Source: Bdellovibrionales bacterium (GTDB lineage Bacteria > Bdellovibrionota > UBA1018 > CAIMNF01). Taken from it: a stretch of DNA of 64,000 nt. Below are positions 51,370 through 60,706 of the stretch, one piece after another (the stretch's first letter is position 1; every line of letters starts with the position of its first letter). Where the stretch lies: the NCBI GenBank assembly GCA_040380025.1, contig JBEIJY010000001.1, forward strand, positions 96,001-160,000. Direction: 5' to 3'. The translations under genes were made by a program, and so were the position numbers. The notes below the pieces were generated by a model, which was given only the letters and a program-made list of their open reading frames with translations, was not told the DNA's origin and did no database searches.

Positions 51370-52049
51370 GCGACCGGATTCTCCCCCTGATTGCCTTGTT
51401 CGCATTCCTTCTGGCGCCGGTCGTGATCGGAAGCGCCGAGGAGGCGAAGCCGGCAGCGGAGGCAAAGCCCGCGGAAGAAGCAAAGCCCGCCGAAGAAGCG
51501 AAGCCGGTCGAGGAAGCAAAGAGCGGCGAGGAGTCGAAGGCTGCCGAAGAGACCAAAACCGCCAAAAAAGAAAAGAAGAAGCCGGTCGAGTGTCTGGCCT
51601 CGGAAGAAGTGATCGCGGATCTCGATGCGCGCGACAAGAAGCTGAAAGAGCTCGAGTCATCGCTCCGGGAAAAAGAAAAACAGATCGCCGCGCAGGAATC
51701 GGCATTGAAGCAGGAGCTTGCCAAGCTCGAGGAAAAACGCGCCGAGATCGCCGGAGTGGCAGGCAAGCGCGCGGCCGAACGCGAGGAGCAGGTGAACAAG
51801 CTCATGGAGACCTTCGAGGGCATGTCTCCGAAGGCGGCGGCTCAGGTGATCGGTGCTGTGGACGAGGAGCTGGCGGTACTTGCCCTCGGCCGTCTGACCA
51901 GCGGGAAGGCGGGGAAGATTCTCGCCAATCTGAAGCCCGAGAAGTCCTCGCGTCTCAGCGAGAAAATGGCATTCGGCAACACCTTCAAACGAAAGGAGGG
52001 TCCGGGCGGTGATACCCATGAACGGACTCCGGCCAGCGCCGGGGAATAA
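51366..52049 (+). CDS. MotE/FlbB-like periplasmic flagellar protein
   Basis: Signal/TM segment, coiled coil, FEGMSPKAAA...AGKILANL.PE MgtE_N-like motif. Confidence 0.8.
   Translation: MSDRILPLIALFAFLLAPVVIGSAEEAKPAAEAKPAEEAKPAEEAKPVEEAKSGEESKAAEETKTAKKEKKKPVECLASEEVIADLDARDKKLKELESSLREKEKQIAAQESALKQELAKLEEKRAEIAGVAGKRAAEREEQVNKLMETFEGMSPKAAAQVIGAVDEELAVLALGRLTSGKAGKILANLKPEKSSRLSEKMAFGNTFKRKEGPGGDTHERTPASAGE
51435..51560 (+). repeat. Seven degenerate 18-bp tandem units (AEEAKP)
   Basis: gccgaggaggcgaagccg-type units in frame within the MotE-like gene. Confidence 0.85.
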
Positions 52050-53346
52050 CATCGCAAATGAGCTTCTTGCCGGAGCGCTCGCTCCGGAGACCGGGCCGCT
52101 GAACGGATTCCGGGGTGATTCCGACGAATCTGCCGGTTTTTTGGGCACGCTTCAGGATCAGGTGGAGCGGGAGCTTCTCGAAGGCGCCGGGGCGGAGGGC
52201 GCCCTGTTGGCCGCATCGGTATCGGTGCAAGCACCATCGCTCCCGGAATCGCCGGTGCAAGCGGCGCCGATTGAAGCCTCATCGGCCCAAGCATCTCCGT
52301 TTCCAGCATCATCCATTCCATTCCCGCCGAGGACTCCCGCGAGCCTTCCGGGGCTGGAGCAGGGCGCATCAAGCGATGTGCCGTCAAAAGAACTTCGTGC
52401 GGCCACTCCTCCTGAGTCCCCAACGTCCACGGGGAAATTCAAAGAAATCAACGGGCTCCAGGACGGCTCTGGCCGCCCGCAAGTCCCGGATGCTCCGCTC
52501 GCACCCGGAGTGGCGCCTCAAACGGCACCTGAAATGGCCATGGTCGACTGGAGGAGTGCGCTTCCTGAGAATGCCGAGGCCGATCTCGAGGAGATCACTT
52601 TGGATGCGAAGGCCGTGAAATCCGCGAAATCAAAAACCGATCCGGCGGAGCAGAAAAAATCCGCGGCACTTCCTGTGCGCGCGTCGACCGAGGATTTCCT
52701 CAGTCTGAGAGCGATTCTTCCGAAGAAATCCGGACGCGAGGAGCCGAAGAGCGATGGCGCAGAGACAGCGCCTTCCTTCGCTCCGGCCCTGAGGCTCGCG
52801 ACGGGGCCGCAGGTCGAGGCTCCCGTGATGAAGTCCCCGTCGGGAAGTCCGATGATCGCCAAAGACGCGCTCGAGCAGATTTCCCAGCAGGTGAACCTGC
52901 TCGGTCAGGCCCGCAAGGACGGAGAAATCAAGATCCGCCTCAGGCCCGATCATCTCGGTGAACTCATGATGAGCGTGAAGACCAACGGACGCACGGTTTC
53001 GCTCGAGATCAAAGCGCAGGATCCCGAAGCCAAGAAGATCATCGAAGAGAGCATCGAGAGTCTTCGCGATTCCCTTTCGCAAAAGAGCCTCGATCTCGCC
53101 AAGGTCGACATCGTGGCCCAGCCGCAACGAGGCGGAGAGTCGGACTTCGGCACCCGGTCGGACTTCGGTTCGGGACAGGGCGGATTTCAACAAAATTCCG
53201 GCGCTCAGGAGCAGGGATTTTCGGGCCGGGACCGGCAGGAGTTTCCCTTGGACGCTCCGGTCGCATCGGGTAGCCTGAAATCAGCGGCAATCGGTGCAAG
53301 ATCCGGCCGTTCGAACGGCGCGGGAACGCTGGACTTGATTGCCTGA
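52009..53346 (+). CDS. fliK: Flagellar hook-length control protein FliK
   Basis: Low-complexity N terminus; IRLRPDHLGEL C domain; precedes flgD. Confidence 0.9.
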   Translation: MIPMNGLRPAPGNNIANELLAGALAPETGPLNGFRGDSDESAGFLGTLQDQVERELLEGAGAEGALLAASVSVQAPSLPESPVQAAPIEASSAQASPFPASSIPFPPRTPASLPGLEQGASSDVPSKELRAATPPESPTSTGKFKEINGLQDGSGRPQVPDAPLAPGVAPQTAPEMAMVDWRSALPENAEADLEEITLDAKAVKSAKSKTDPAEQKKSAALPVRASTEDFLSLRAILPKKSGREEPKSDGAETAPSFAPALRLATGPQVEAPVMKSPSGSPMIAKDALEQISQQVNLLGQARKDGEIKIRLRPDHLGELMMSVKTNGRTVSLEIKAQDPEAKKIIEESIESLRDSLSQKSLDLAKVDIVAQPQRGGESDFGTRSDFGSGQGGFQQNSGAQEQGFSGRDRQEFPLDAPVASGSLKSAAIGARSGRSNGAGTLDLIA

Positions 53347-53359
53347 CGGGGGATGAGGA

Positions 53360-54244
53360 ATGCAGATCGGGAACGGGATGATCGGAGCGGGAATTCAGGT
53401 CGAAGGGGCGGGGCAGGATCGCGAGCAGTCCGCGCGCAACACCATGGCCGAAATCCAGGCCCGGTACGGTGAAAAACCGAAAGAAGCCCGTGCGGTCAAG
53501 AAACAGCTCGATAAAGATGATTTCATGCGGATCATGATCACCGAGATGCGGCACCAGGATCCGACGAAGCCCATGGATTCCGATCGCATGGCGACCCAGA
53601 TGGCACAGATCACCTCGGTCGAACAGCTGAAGAACGTGAGCAATGCGATCGAGAAGCTCTCGGATCGGAACTCCGCGTCCGACCGTCTTGCCATGAGCGG
53701 GATGATCGGCAAATCCGTGACTGTCGACAAGGGCCGGTTCACGCACCAAAAAGGAACGGTTTCTCCGATTAACTTCGAGCTTCCCGAGGATGCCTCGAAA
53801 ATCAAACTCACGATCCTCGATGAGCGGGGCGATGAGGTCGCTTCGCGCGAACTCGAGCCCATGAAGTCGGGATTGAATGTGTTCAACTGGGACGGAGTCA
53901 CCGCAAGCAATACCCAGGGTGGCACCGGGACCTACCTCGTGCGCGTCGATGCCGAGAACGCGAAAGGCTCGAAGCTCAAGATCGATTCGGTCTCGCGCGA
54001 GACCGTCGTGGGTGTTTCGTTCGATGGCGGAGAAGCGCAGTTCCTCGTCGGAGACGCAAAAAGTCCGCAAAAAGTCAGTTTCAAGAATGTCGTCCGGATC
54101 GAGTCCGGGGCGCAGTCCGCATCGCCAAAACCGGCGAACGGACCGTCCCTTGCCCGGGCGGGATCGGAGTCCGTCGCACCGTCCCCGGTGCAGGAACAGT
54201 CCGAAACCGCGCCCGAGGGATTTCCGAACGGCTTGAACGAATGA
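53360..54244 (+). CDS. flgD: Flagellar hook capping protein FlgD
   Basis: LDKDDFM......HQDPTKPMD....QMAQITSVEQ; FNWDG Ig domain. Confidence 0.95.
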   Translation: MQIGNGMIGAGIQVEGAGQDREQSARNTMAEIQARYGEKPKEARAVKKQLDKDDFMRIMITEMRHQDPTKPMDSDRMATQMAQITSVEQLKNVSNAIEKLSDRNSASDRLAMSGMIGKSVTVDKGRFTHQKGTVSPINFELPEDASKIKLTILDERGDEVASRELEPMKSGLNVFNWDGVTASNTQGGTGTYLVRVDAENAKGSKLKIDSVSRETVVGVSFDGGEAQFLVGDAKSPQKVSFKNVVRIESGAQSASPKPANGPSLARAGSESVAPSPVQEQSETAPEGFPNGLNE

Positions 54245-54263
54245 AGAAAGGAGGAAGAGGAAG

Positions 54264-54713
54264 ATGAACCCGAGCAACCCCGTGTTCTACCCGAATGTCA
54301 GCCGGATCCCGGCGAGTCCGGCCACGCCGGAGACGCGGAAGAATCCGGAAGAGGGAACGATCCGGAAAGGCGAGTTCGATGCGAGCCTTCGACAGGCGAT
54401 GGAAGTGCGGAATCCGGAGTCGATCCGTGAAACCGCGCCCGGCGCCGGCCAGATCGCCCAGTCGCTGAAGTTCTCGGCGCACGCGACCCAGCGGCTCCGC
54501 GAGCGGCAGATCCAGTTCGATCCCGACACGCTTTCGCGGATGAACGATGCGATCCGGAAAGCCGATGCGAAGGGCGTGCAGGACACATTGGTGCTGACCG
54601 AGAAGGCGGCGCTGATCGTGAGTGTTCCGAGCCGGACGGTGATCACCGCCATGGACCGGAATCAACTTTCGGGAAATGTGTTCACGAACATCGACGGTGC
54701 CGTGATTATTTAA
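54264..54713 (+). CDS. Flagellar operon protein (TIGR02530 / Flagellar_put family)
   Basis: LKFSAHATQRL.ER.I...ALIVSV..RTVITAMD......NVFTNIDGAVII. Confidence 0.9.
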   Translation: MNPSNPVFYPNVSRIPASPATPETRKNPEEGTIRKGEFDASLRQAMEVRNPESIRETAPGAGQIAQSLKFSAHATQRLRERQIQFDPDTLSRMNDAIRKADAKGVQDTLVLTEKAALIVSVPSRTVITAMDRNQLSGNVFTNIDGAVII

Positions 54714-54720
54714 ATTATTA

Positions 54721-54750
54721 TTGTTGAATTAATGAAAATCGTGCTACGAT
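54721..54750 (+). promoter_or_regulatory. Candidate internal sigma70 promoter for flgE
   Basis: AT-rich patch, TTGTTG-N18-TACGAT with extended -10 TG. Confidence 0.45.
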
Positions 54751-54785
54751 TTCATTAAGGACCGCAGGATGCGAAACAAACCAAG

Positions 54786-54837
54786 AGGCTGGACCCAGTA
54801 GGGAAGCCTTGATCCCCCTGACTGATTGACGGGGGAT
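54786..54837 (+). promoter_or_regulatory. Two-hairpin structured leader upstream of flgE
   Basis: AGGCT-GGA-CCC-AGTA-GGG-A-AGCCT and ATCCCCC-TGACTGATTGAC-GGGGGAT. Confidence 0.55.
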
Positions 54838-54873
54838 GAACCTGAAACAAAGAACGCAAGGAGGCGTCTCTCT

Positions 54874-56157
54874 ATGGGTATTCTTTCTTCCATGTACACG
54901 GGCTATACCGGGATCCAAGGACAAGGCGAGGCTTTGTCGGTGTTCGGCGACAACATCGCGAACTCGGCGACCACCGGCTTCAAGACCGCACGCCCCGAGT
55001 TCAAGGATGCGGTGGCGAAGTCGTTGAACGGCATGGGCTCCTCCCAGGCGACCGGGCGCGGCAGCAAAGTCGGAAACATCCGGACCGTGTTTTCGCAAGG
55101 AACCCTCACCCAGACCGAAAGCCCGACCGATCTTGCGATCACGGGGAACGGATTTTTCGTCACTGACGGTGTGGACGGACGGAGCTTCACCCGCGATGGC
55201 TCGTTCCATTTCGACAAAGAAGGAAAGCTCGTGACAGGCGACGGCGCGAAGGTGCAGGGATTCCAGGCTGATGAGACCGGAAAGATCACTTCGAGAATGG
55301 GTGATATCTCGGTCGAGCGCGCGATCCTCGATGCGAAGGGATCGGCGAAGGTCGAGCTGACCGCCAACCTCGATTCGCGGGCTGACATCAAAATGAAGTT
55401 CGACCCTGCAAATCCCGATAAAACAGCGCATTTTGCGACCGGCGTGACCGTGTACGACACGAACGGCGCACCCCGCTCGGTGACGGTTTACTTCAACAAG
55501 GTGGACGGCCGCCGCTGGGAGTGGAAAGCCATGGCGAAAGGCGATGACATCGAAGGCGGGAAACCCGGCCAGCTGATGCTCCAGGGCTCCGGTTCGCTCA
55601 CTTTCGACGACAAGGGCCGTCTTGCCGAGCAGACCACCGAGAAGGCCTCCTTCAATTTCAACAAGGGCTCGAAGCCCGATCAGAAGATCGAGTTCAATTT
55701 CGGAAAAGACATCAAAGCCGGCGGAGACGGGCTCCAGATCACCCAGTACGGCTCGAATTCCGAGGCCTTCAAGACCACCCAGGACGGCTACTCGTCGGGA
55801 ACCCTGGGCTCCCTGAAGTTCGAGGATGACGGAGCGCTCGTGGCGTATTACACGAACGGCGAGACCGTGAAGATCTCCCAGGTCGCATTGGCGAAGTTCG
55901 AGAGCCCCGAAGACCTGATGAAGACCGGCGGAAACAAGTTCAAGGAAACCCGCGGCTCGGGCCAGCCCACGATCGGCGCGCCCATGGCGGGCGGACGCGG
56001 ACAAGTGAGCTCGAAAGCGCTCGAAGCCTCGACCACCGACATCGCAAACGAGTTCATCAACCTCATGACCGCCCAGCGGAATTTCCAGGCGAACAGCAAG
56101 GTCATCGGGGTGGGCGACGACCTTCTTGGCGAAGTGATCAACCTGAAGCGCACCTGA
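54874..56157 (+). CDS. flgE: Flagellar hook protein FlgE
   Basis: MGILSSMYTG..G..., DNIANS.T.GFK, DLAITGNGFF, LEAS..D...EF..LM.AQR.FQAN; AGGAGG RBS. Confidence 0.96.
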   Translation: MGILSSMYTGYTGIQGQGEALSVFGDNIANSATTGFKTARPEFKDAVAKSLNGMGSSQATGRGSKVGNIRTVFSQGTLTQTESPTDLAITGNGFFVTDGVDGRSFTRDGSFHFDKEGKLVTGDGAKVQGFQADETGKITSRMGDISVERAILDAKGSAKVELTANLDSRADIKMKFDPANPDKTAHFATGVTVYDTNGAPRSVTVYFNKVDGRRWEWKAMAKGDDIEGGKPGQLMLQGSGSLTFDDKGRLAEQTTEKASFNFNKGSKPDQKIEFNFGKDIKAGGDGLQITQYGSNSEAFKTTQDGYSSGTLGSLKFEDDGALVAYYTNGETVKISQVALAKFESPEDLMKTGGNKFKETRGSGQPTIGAPMAGGRGQVSSKALEASTTDIANEFINLMTAQRNFQANSKVIGVGDDLLGEVINLKRT

Positions 56158-56185
56158 TCCTGAATCCTGATCGGTCCTGATTGAG

Positions 56186-56257
56186 GGGGCTGACCGTCAA
56201 TCTCCAGTCGGTTCTGGCGCGACAATGCGCCCCGGGAGACGGTCAGCCCCTTTTTTT
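56186..56257 (+). terminator. Intrinsic terminator after flgE
   Basis: ggggctgaccgtc ... gacggtcagcccc followed by T7. Confidence 0.75.
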
Positions 56258-56300
56258 CGTTCGAATCCTCACCGAATCCCGAAGTTCCCTGCTTGTGATT

Positions 56301-56317
56301 TTGGCGTTCCCCGTGCA
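56301..56317 (+). promoter_or_regulatory. Candidate sigma54 (-24/-12) promoter of fliL
   Basis: TTGGCGTTCCCCGTGCA has exact GG-N10-GC spacing, 30 bp before fliL, just after a terminator. Confidence 0.55.
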
Positions 56318-56346
56318 AAATTTGATAAGGGACGGGATGGCAGAAC

Positions 56347-57003
56347 ATGTCTGAAGAAGCAAAAGATGCAAAAAAAGCCGAAGCGCCGGCGGCGGATGCG
56401 GGGGGAGCCCCCGATAAAACGAGCAAGATCGTTTTGATCCTGACCGGATTGAATCTCCTCCTGGTCCTCGGGATCGGCGGAGTGGTGTTCGTCCAGTTCC
56501 AGAAAGACAAGCACAAGGAGTCGGTGGCCGACATCGAAGCCCATGCCGAAGAGGGCGGGGAGCATGGCGGAGGCGGCGGTCATGGTGATGGCCATGGTGG
56601 CGGCGAGAAAGCCGAAGAAGGCCACGGCGGGGGCGGCGATCACGGTGGCGGCCACGGAGATGGTCACGGCGGAGGAGCCGCAGTCAAAAAAGGCGATCAG
56701 GTGCTCACTCTCGAGCAGTTCACCGTGAATCTCGCCACCAGCCCCGGAACTCCGCCCCGGTATGCACGAGTGATCATCGCGCTTGAAGTTCCGAACGCCG
56801 AGACCGCGGCCGAGGTGAATCAGAAGATGGCGCCCGTCCGCAATGCCGTCATCGATCTTTTCAATTCAAAGCGCCCTGCGGATCTGCAAACCGGAGAGGG
56901 CCGGAACTTCCTGAAAGAGGAGATCCGGAACGCGCTGAACAGTTTTTTGGTTTCCGGCAAGGTGAAGAGCGTATTCTTCAGCAACTTCGCCGTAAGCAAC
57001 TGA
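56347..57003 (+). CDS. fliL: Flagellar basal-body protein FliL with His/Gly-rich insert
   Basis: N-terminal TM; LEQFTVNLA; VRNAVI; G...LKEEI; VFFSNF. Confidence 0.92.
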   Translation: MSEEAKDAKKAEAPAADAGGAPDKTSKIVLILTGLNLLLVLGIGGVVFVQFQKDKHKESVADIEAHAEEGGEHGGGGGHGDGHGGGEKAEEGHGGGGDHGGGHGDGHGGGAAVKKGDQVLTLEQFTVNLATSPGTPPRYARVIIALEVPNAETAAEVNQKMAPVRNAVIDLFNSKRPADLQTGEGRNFLKEEIRNALNSFLVSGKVKSVFFSNFAVSN

Positions 57004-57040
57004 CGGGGGTTCCCGTCATGAACATGGGGCCAGGAGGGCT

Positions 57041-58030
57041 ATGAACCAGGTATTGAGTCAGGCAGAAGTCGATGCACTTCTCACTGCGGTGGCCGACGGA
57101 TCGGTCGAGACCGGAGCCGGCGGCGCCCCCAAGGACAAGGGCGGAAAGTCCAAGGAAATCCAGGAATACGATCTGACCAACCAGGACCGCGTGATTCGCG
57201 GCAAGATGCCCACGCTCGATCTCATCTACGAGCGGTTTGTCCGGCTGTTCCGGATGTCCCTTTCGAACTCTCTTCGCAAAATCGCCTCCATCAGCATCAT
57301 TTCGACCGACCTGCTCAAGTTCGGGGAGTTCGTGAACACGCTTCCGATCCCGAGCTGTGTGGGAATCCTCCGCTCGGAAACCCTGCGCGGGCCCGCCCTC
57401 CTCGTGTTCGAATCGAAGCTCGCCTATGCGCTGATCGATAGTTATTTCGGCGGAACCGACCGTCCCTACACCAAATCGGACGGAAAAGAATTCACCCGCA
57501 TCGAGCTCATGATCATGAACAAGGTTCTGACCCTCGCTGTCGCCGACATCGAGGAGGCATGGGCGCCGGTCCACCGGGTGGGGCTGATTCATCTCAGAAC
57601 CGAGACCAACCCGCAATTCGTCGGAGTGGTTCCGCTCTCCGAAGTGATCATCTCGACGACCTTCGAGGTCGAGCTCGAGAACGCGAGCGGCACGATCGCG
57701 CTCGTGATTCCGTATTCCACCATCGAGTCGATCAAGAACAAGCTGAATTCCTCGTTCCAGTCCGATTCCGACCGTGCCGACCGCGTCTGGGTCGAGAACC
57801 TCGAGGAGCACATGCGCCAGGTGACGGCGAATGTCTCGGTGAATCTGGGCGAGACGGCCATCACGGTGGGCGACCTGGTCAACCTGAACATCGGGGACAT
57901 CATCCCCCTCAATCAGGATTGCGACGGAGAACTCAGCCTCAATGTCGAGGGTGTGGGCAAATTCAAATGTTTCTACGGGGTTTCCAAAGGCACGCGTGCG
58001 GTGCAGGTCACGCGGCCGATTGAAGACTAG
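57041..58030 (+). CDS. fliM: Flagellar motor switch protein FliM
   Basis: VLSQAEVDALL CheY-binding peptide; FGG; ETNPQF. Confidence 0.96.
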   Translation: MNQVLSQAEVDALLTAVADGSVETGAGGAPKDKGGKSKEIQEYDLTNQDRVIRGKMPTLDLIYERFVRLFRMSLSNSLRKIASISIISTDLLKFGEFVNTLPIPSCVGILRSETLRGPALLVFESKLAYALIDSYFGGTDRPYTKSDGKEFTRIELMIMNKVLTLAVADIEEAWAPVHRVGLIHLRTETNPQFVGVVPLSEVIISTTFEVELENASGTIALVIPYSTIESIKNKLNSSFQSDSDRADRVWVENLEEHMRQVTANVSVNLGETAITVGDLVNLNIGDIIPLNQDCDGELSLNVEGVGKFKCFYGVSKGTRAVQVTRPIED

Positions 58031-58044
58031 GAAGGAGTCGAGTC

Positions 58045-58377
58045 ATGACAACGCCGAATCTGGGTAAGATCGATGGAGGAGCGGGACAGGCCGGAGGGGC
58101 CGCCCCCGAGGACGGAATCCACTCGTTGGATTTCATTCTCGACATTCCCCTCAAGGTGACCGTCGAGCTCGGGAGAACCCGCATGCCGATCCGGGACATT
58201 TTGCAGCTCGTGCAGGGGTCGGTCGTCGAGCTCTCGAAGTTCGCGGGAGAGCCGCTCGAGGTGCTCGTGAATGATCGTCTGGTCGCGCGCGGAGAAGTGG
58301 TCACGGTGAACGAAAAGTTCGGAATCCGTCTGACCGACATTCTGTCGCCGATGGAGCGCATCGAGCAGTTGAAATAG
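58045..58377 (+). CDS. fliN: Flagellar motor switch protein FliN
   Basis: ILDIPLKVTVELGRT, ARGEVV.VNEKFGIRLT. Confidence 0.96.
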   Translation: MTTPNLGKIDGGAGQAGGAAPEDGIHSLDFILDIPLKVTVELGRTRMPIRDILQLVQGSVVELSKFAGEPLEVLVNDRLVARGEVVTVNEKFGIRLTDILSPMERIEQLK

Positions 58378-58397
58378 TCCGAATCATCATTCCATTC

Positions 58398-59642
58398 ATG
58401 GACGAAGGGAATCCGCAGATGAAAAGCCGAGGATGGCAGTTGAAGCTTGTTTCTACCCCCGTGTCGACGCTGAGGATGGCGCTGATTGCGATGACACTTA
58501 CGATGACGATCACGCTGATGACGGCGTCCCACGTCCGTGCGGCCGCGCTGACGATCCGGCAGATCGACCTTCCCGGCGAAGGGGTCGCGAAAATCCTGCT
58601 CGATACCGCTCCCCCGCGGGGGACGGTGAACCTGGAGTATGTCCGCGACATCGTGCAGTTTTCGATTCAGAATGCGACGATTTATCCGGCGAAGATCCTG
58701 CATGTCGAAGGCGTACAGCCCTTCACCAAGGTCTTTGCGTATCAGTATGCCCCGAATCTCGTCCGGGTCCGTTTCAGTGTCGACGGAAAAGCCGATCGCT
58801 ATCAGGGCAAAATCAAGTTCGAGACCAAAGGGAAATCACTCGTGATCCGCTTCCCTGCAAGCGCACCCGAATCCGCACCGCAATCTGGAAATGAGGAAGG
58901 GGAGCGCTCCCTTCTCGAGAAAGTTCTCGGCAAGACCACTGCTCCCGAAGCCGCGGAAGCGGCCGAGAAACCGAAGCCCGAGGCACCGGCCGTGAAGCCG
59001 AAGAATGCACGCTCCGCGCCCCCGGCTCAAGCCGAGCTCGGCGGAAAGCCCCAGGGACCGTCGATGTTCCGTTCCCTGTTCGCCATGTTCCTTGTGGTGG
59101 GCGGGCTCGGTCTGGTGCTGATCTACCTGAAACGAAAAAAATCCCCCGCCCAGGCCAAGAAGACGGGCGACTCGTGGATTGCGAACCTTCTTGCCGGCGG
59201 TAAAAAAGACAAGGCCTACATCGAGGTTCTCGCGAATCACGCCCTCGGGCCGAAGCAAAGCATCACCGTGGTGCGAATCAAAGAGCAGCAGTTCGTACTG
59301 GGGGTGACCCACGATAATGTTCAGCTGATCACCCAGCTCGATGCGGATGAAGCGGATCTGGATCTTCTTGAAGATCCCAAGGTCGCGGATTCGATCGGGA
59401 AGATGTTCGGAGCCAAAGTGAATTCCTCGCGCGCGGCGCCTGCTCCCCGTGTTCCGGCACAGGCTGTTCCGGTGAAGAATTCTGTGGCCCCAGTCGAGGC
59501 GTCTCCATCTGGTCCCTCATTTGCCGCTCTTTTGCAAGGCAGTGGAGCCGTGAACCGTACGATCGAGACCCAGGTGGGTTTTCAGAATCAGGGTGTCCGC
59601 GATCAGATCCGCCAAAGACTGAAAGAAATGGGGAACAGCTGA
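58398..59642 (+). CDS. fliO: Extended FliO with N-terminal periplasmic (AMIN-like) domain
   Basis: Signal peptide, beta domain, TM, then LGPKQSI.VV......FVLGVT..N.Q FliO motif; lies between fliN and fliP. Confidence 0.82.
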   Translation: MDEGNPQMKSRGWQLKLVSTPVSTLRMALIAMTLTMTITLMTASHVRAAALTIRQIDLPGEGVAKILLDTAPPRGTVNLEYVRDIVQFSIQNATIYPAKILHVEGVQPFTKVFAYQYAPNLVRVRFSVDGKADRYQGKIKFETKGKSLVIRFPASAPESAPQSGNEEGERSLLEKVLGKTTAPEAAEAAEKPKPEAPAVKPKNARSAPPAQAELGGKPQGPSMFRSLFAMFLVVGGLGLVLIYLKRKKSPAQAKKTGDSWIANLLAGGKKDKAYIEVLANHALGPKQSITVVRIKEQQFVLGVTHDNVQLITQLDADEADLDLLEDPKVADSIGKMFGAKVNSSRAAPAPRVPAQAVPVKNSVAPVEASPSGPSFAALLQGSGAVNRTIETQVGFQNQGVRDQIRQRLKEMGNS

Positions 59643-60406
59643 TGCGGAAGGGATTTCTGCCGGGTTTGCTTGCCCTCGGACTTCTCTCGATCCCTGCCGC
59701 GGCCTTCGCCGCAGGGCCCGGGGATTTCTCGCTTCCATCGCTTGCCTTGAATGTCGCGTCCGGAAAGTCGAGTCCCACGGAGCTCGTGGGCGTCCTCCGG
59801 ATCGTCCTCCTCCTTACGGTCCTGACCCTCGCTCCCGCGATCCTCGTGATGATGACCTCGTTCACGCGGGTCGTGATCGTGCTTTCCTTCCTGCGCCAGT
59901 CGCTCGGGGCCCAGCAAATGCCGCCGAACCAGGTCGTGGTCGGGTTGTCGCTGTTTCTCTCGCTTTTCATCATGGCGCCCACCTGGACGAAGATCCAGAC
60001 CGAGGCGCTGAATCCGTACCTCGAAGAGCGGATCGATCAAAAAACCGCATTTGCAAAGGCCGAGGCACCCATGCGCGAGTTCATGTTCGCGCAGGTGCGC
60101 GAGAAAGACCTCGAGCTGTTTCTTGGAATGTCAAAAATCGCAAAGCCCGCGAGCCGCGAAGAAGTGCCGACTTGGGTGCTGATTCCCTCATTCATTGTGA
60201 GCGAGTTGAACACGGCGTTTCAGATGGGGTTCATGCTGTATTTGCCGTTTTTGGTCATTGACATGGTGGTCTCGAGCATTCTCATGGCGATGGGGATGAT
60301 GATGCTTCCTCCGATGACAATCTCGCTCCCGTTCAAATTGCTCTTGTTCGTGCTCGTCGACGGCTGGGGTTTGGTGGTCGGAAGCATTGTGAAGAGCTTC
60401 GGATGA
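59642..60406 (+). CDS. fliP: Flagellar export protein FliP
   Basis: MTSFTR..IV, PPNQV, PFLVID.VV, MGMMMLPP..ISLPFKL. Confidence 0.97.
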   Translation: MRKGFLPGLLALGLLSIPAAAFAAGPGDFSLPSLALNVASGKSSPTELVGVLRIVLLLTVLTLAPAILVMMTSFTRVVIVLSFLRQSLGAQQMPPNQVVVGLSLFLSLFIMAPTWTKIQTEALNPYLEERIDQKTAFAKAEAPMREFMFAQVREKDLELFLGMSKIAKPASREEVPTWVLIPSFIVSELNTAFQMGFMLYLPFLVIDMVVSSILMAMGMMMLPPMTISLPFKLLLFVLVDGWGLVVGSIVKSFG

Positions 60407-60436
60407 TGAAGTTGGTATGAAGAAAGGATTCCCGAG

Positions 60437-60706
60437 ATGACCGAAGAAATGGTCCTTCAAATCGGAACCAATGCGATCACCACGATCGCCTATCTCGCAG
60501 GCCCTGTGCTTCTTGCTGCGATGGCCGTCGGGATCGTGATCTCGATCCTCCAGGCCATCACCCAGATCAACGAACAGACCCTGACGTTCATTCCCAAGAT
60601 GATCGCAGTCATCCTGACCCTCATGATCATGGCCCCGTGGATGCTGCGGGTGATGCAGGATTACGCGGTCTCCGTGTTCGGCGGCGCAGGGGAGATGTTG
60701 CGCTGA
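60437..60706 (+). CDS. fliQ: Flagellar export protein FliQ
   Basis: QAITQINEQTLTFIPK. Confidence 0.97.
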   Translation: MTEEMVLQIGTNAITTIAYLAGPVLLAAMAVGIVISILQAITQINEQTLTFIPKMIAVILTLMIMAPWMLRVMQDYAVSVFGGAGEMLR

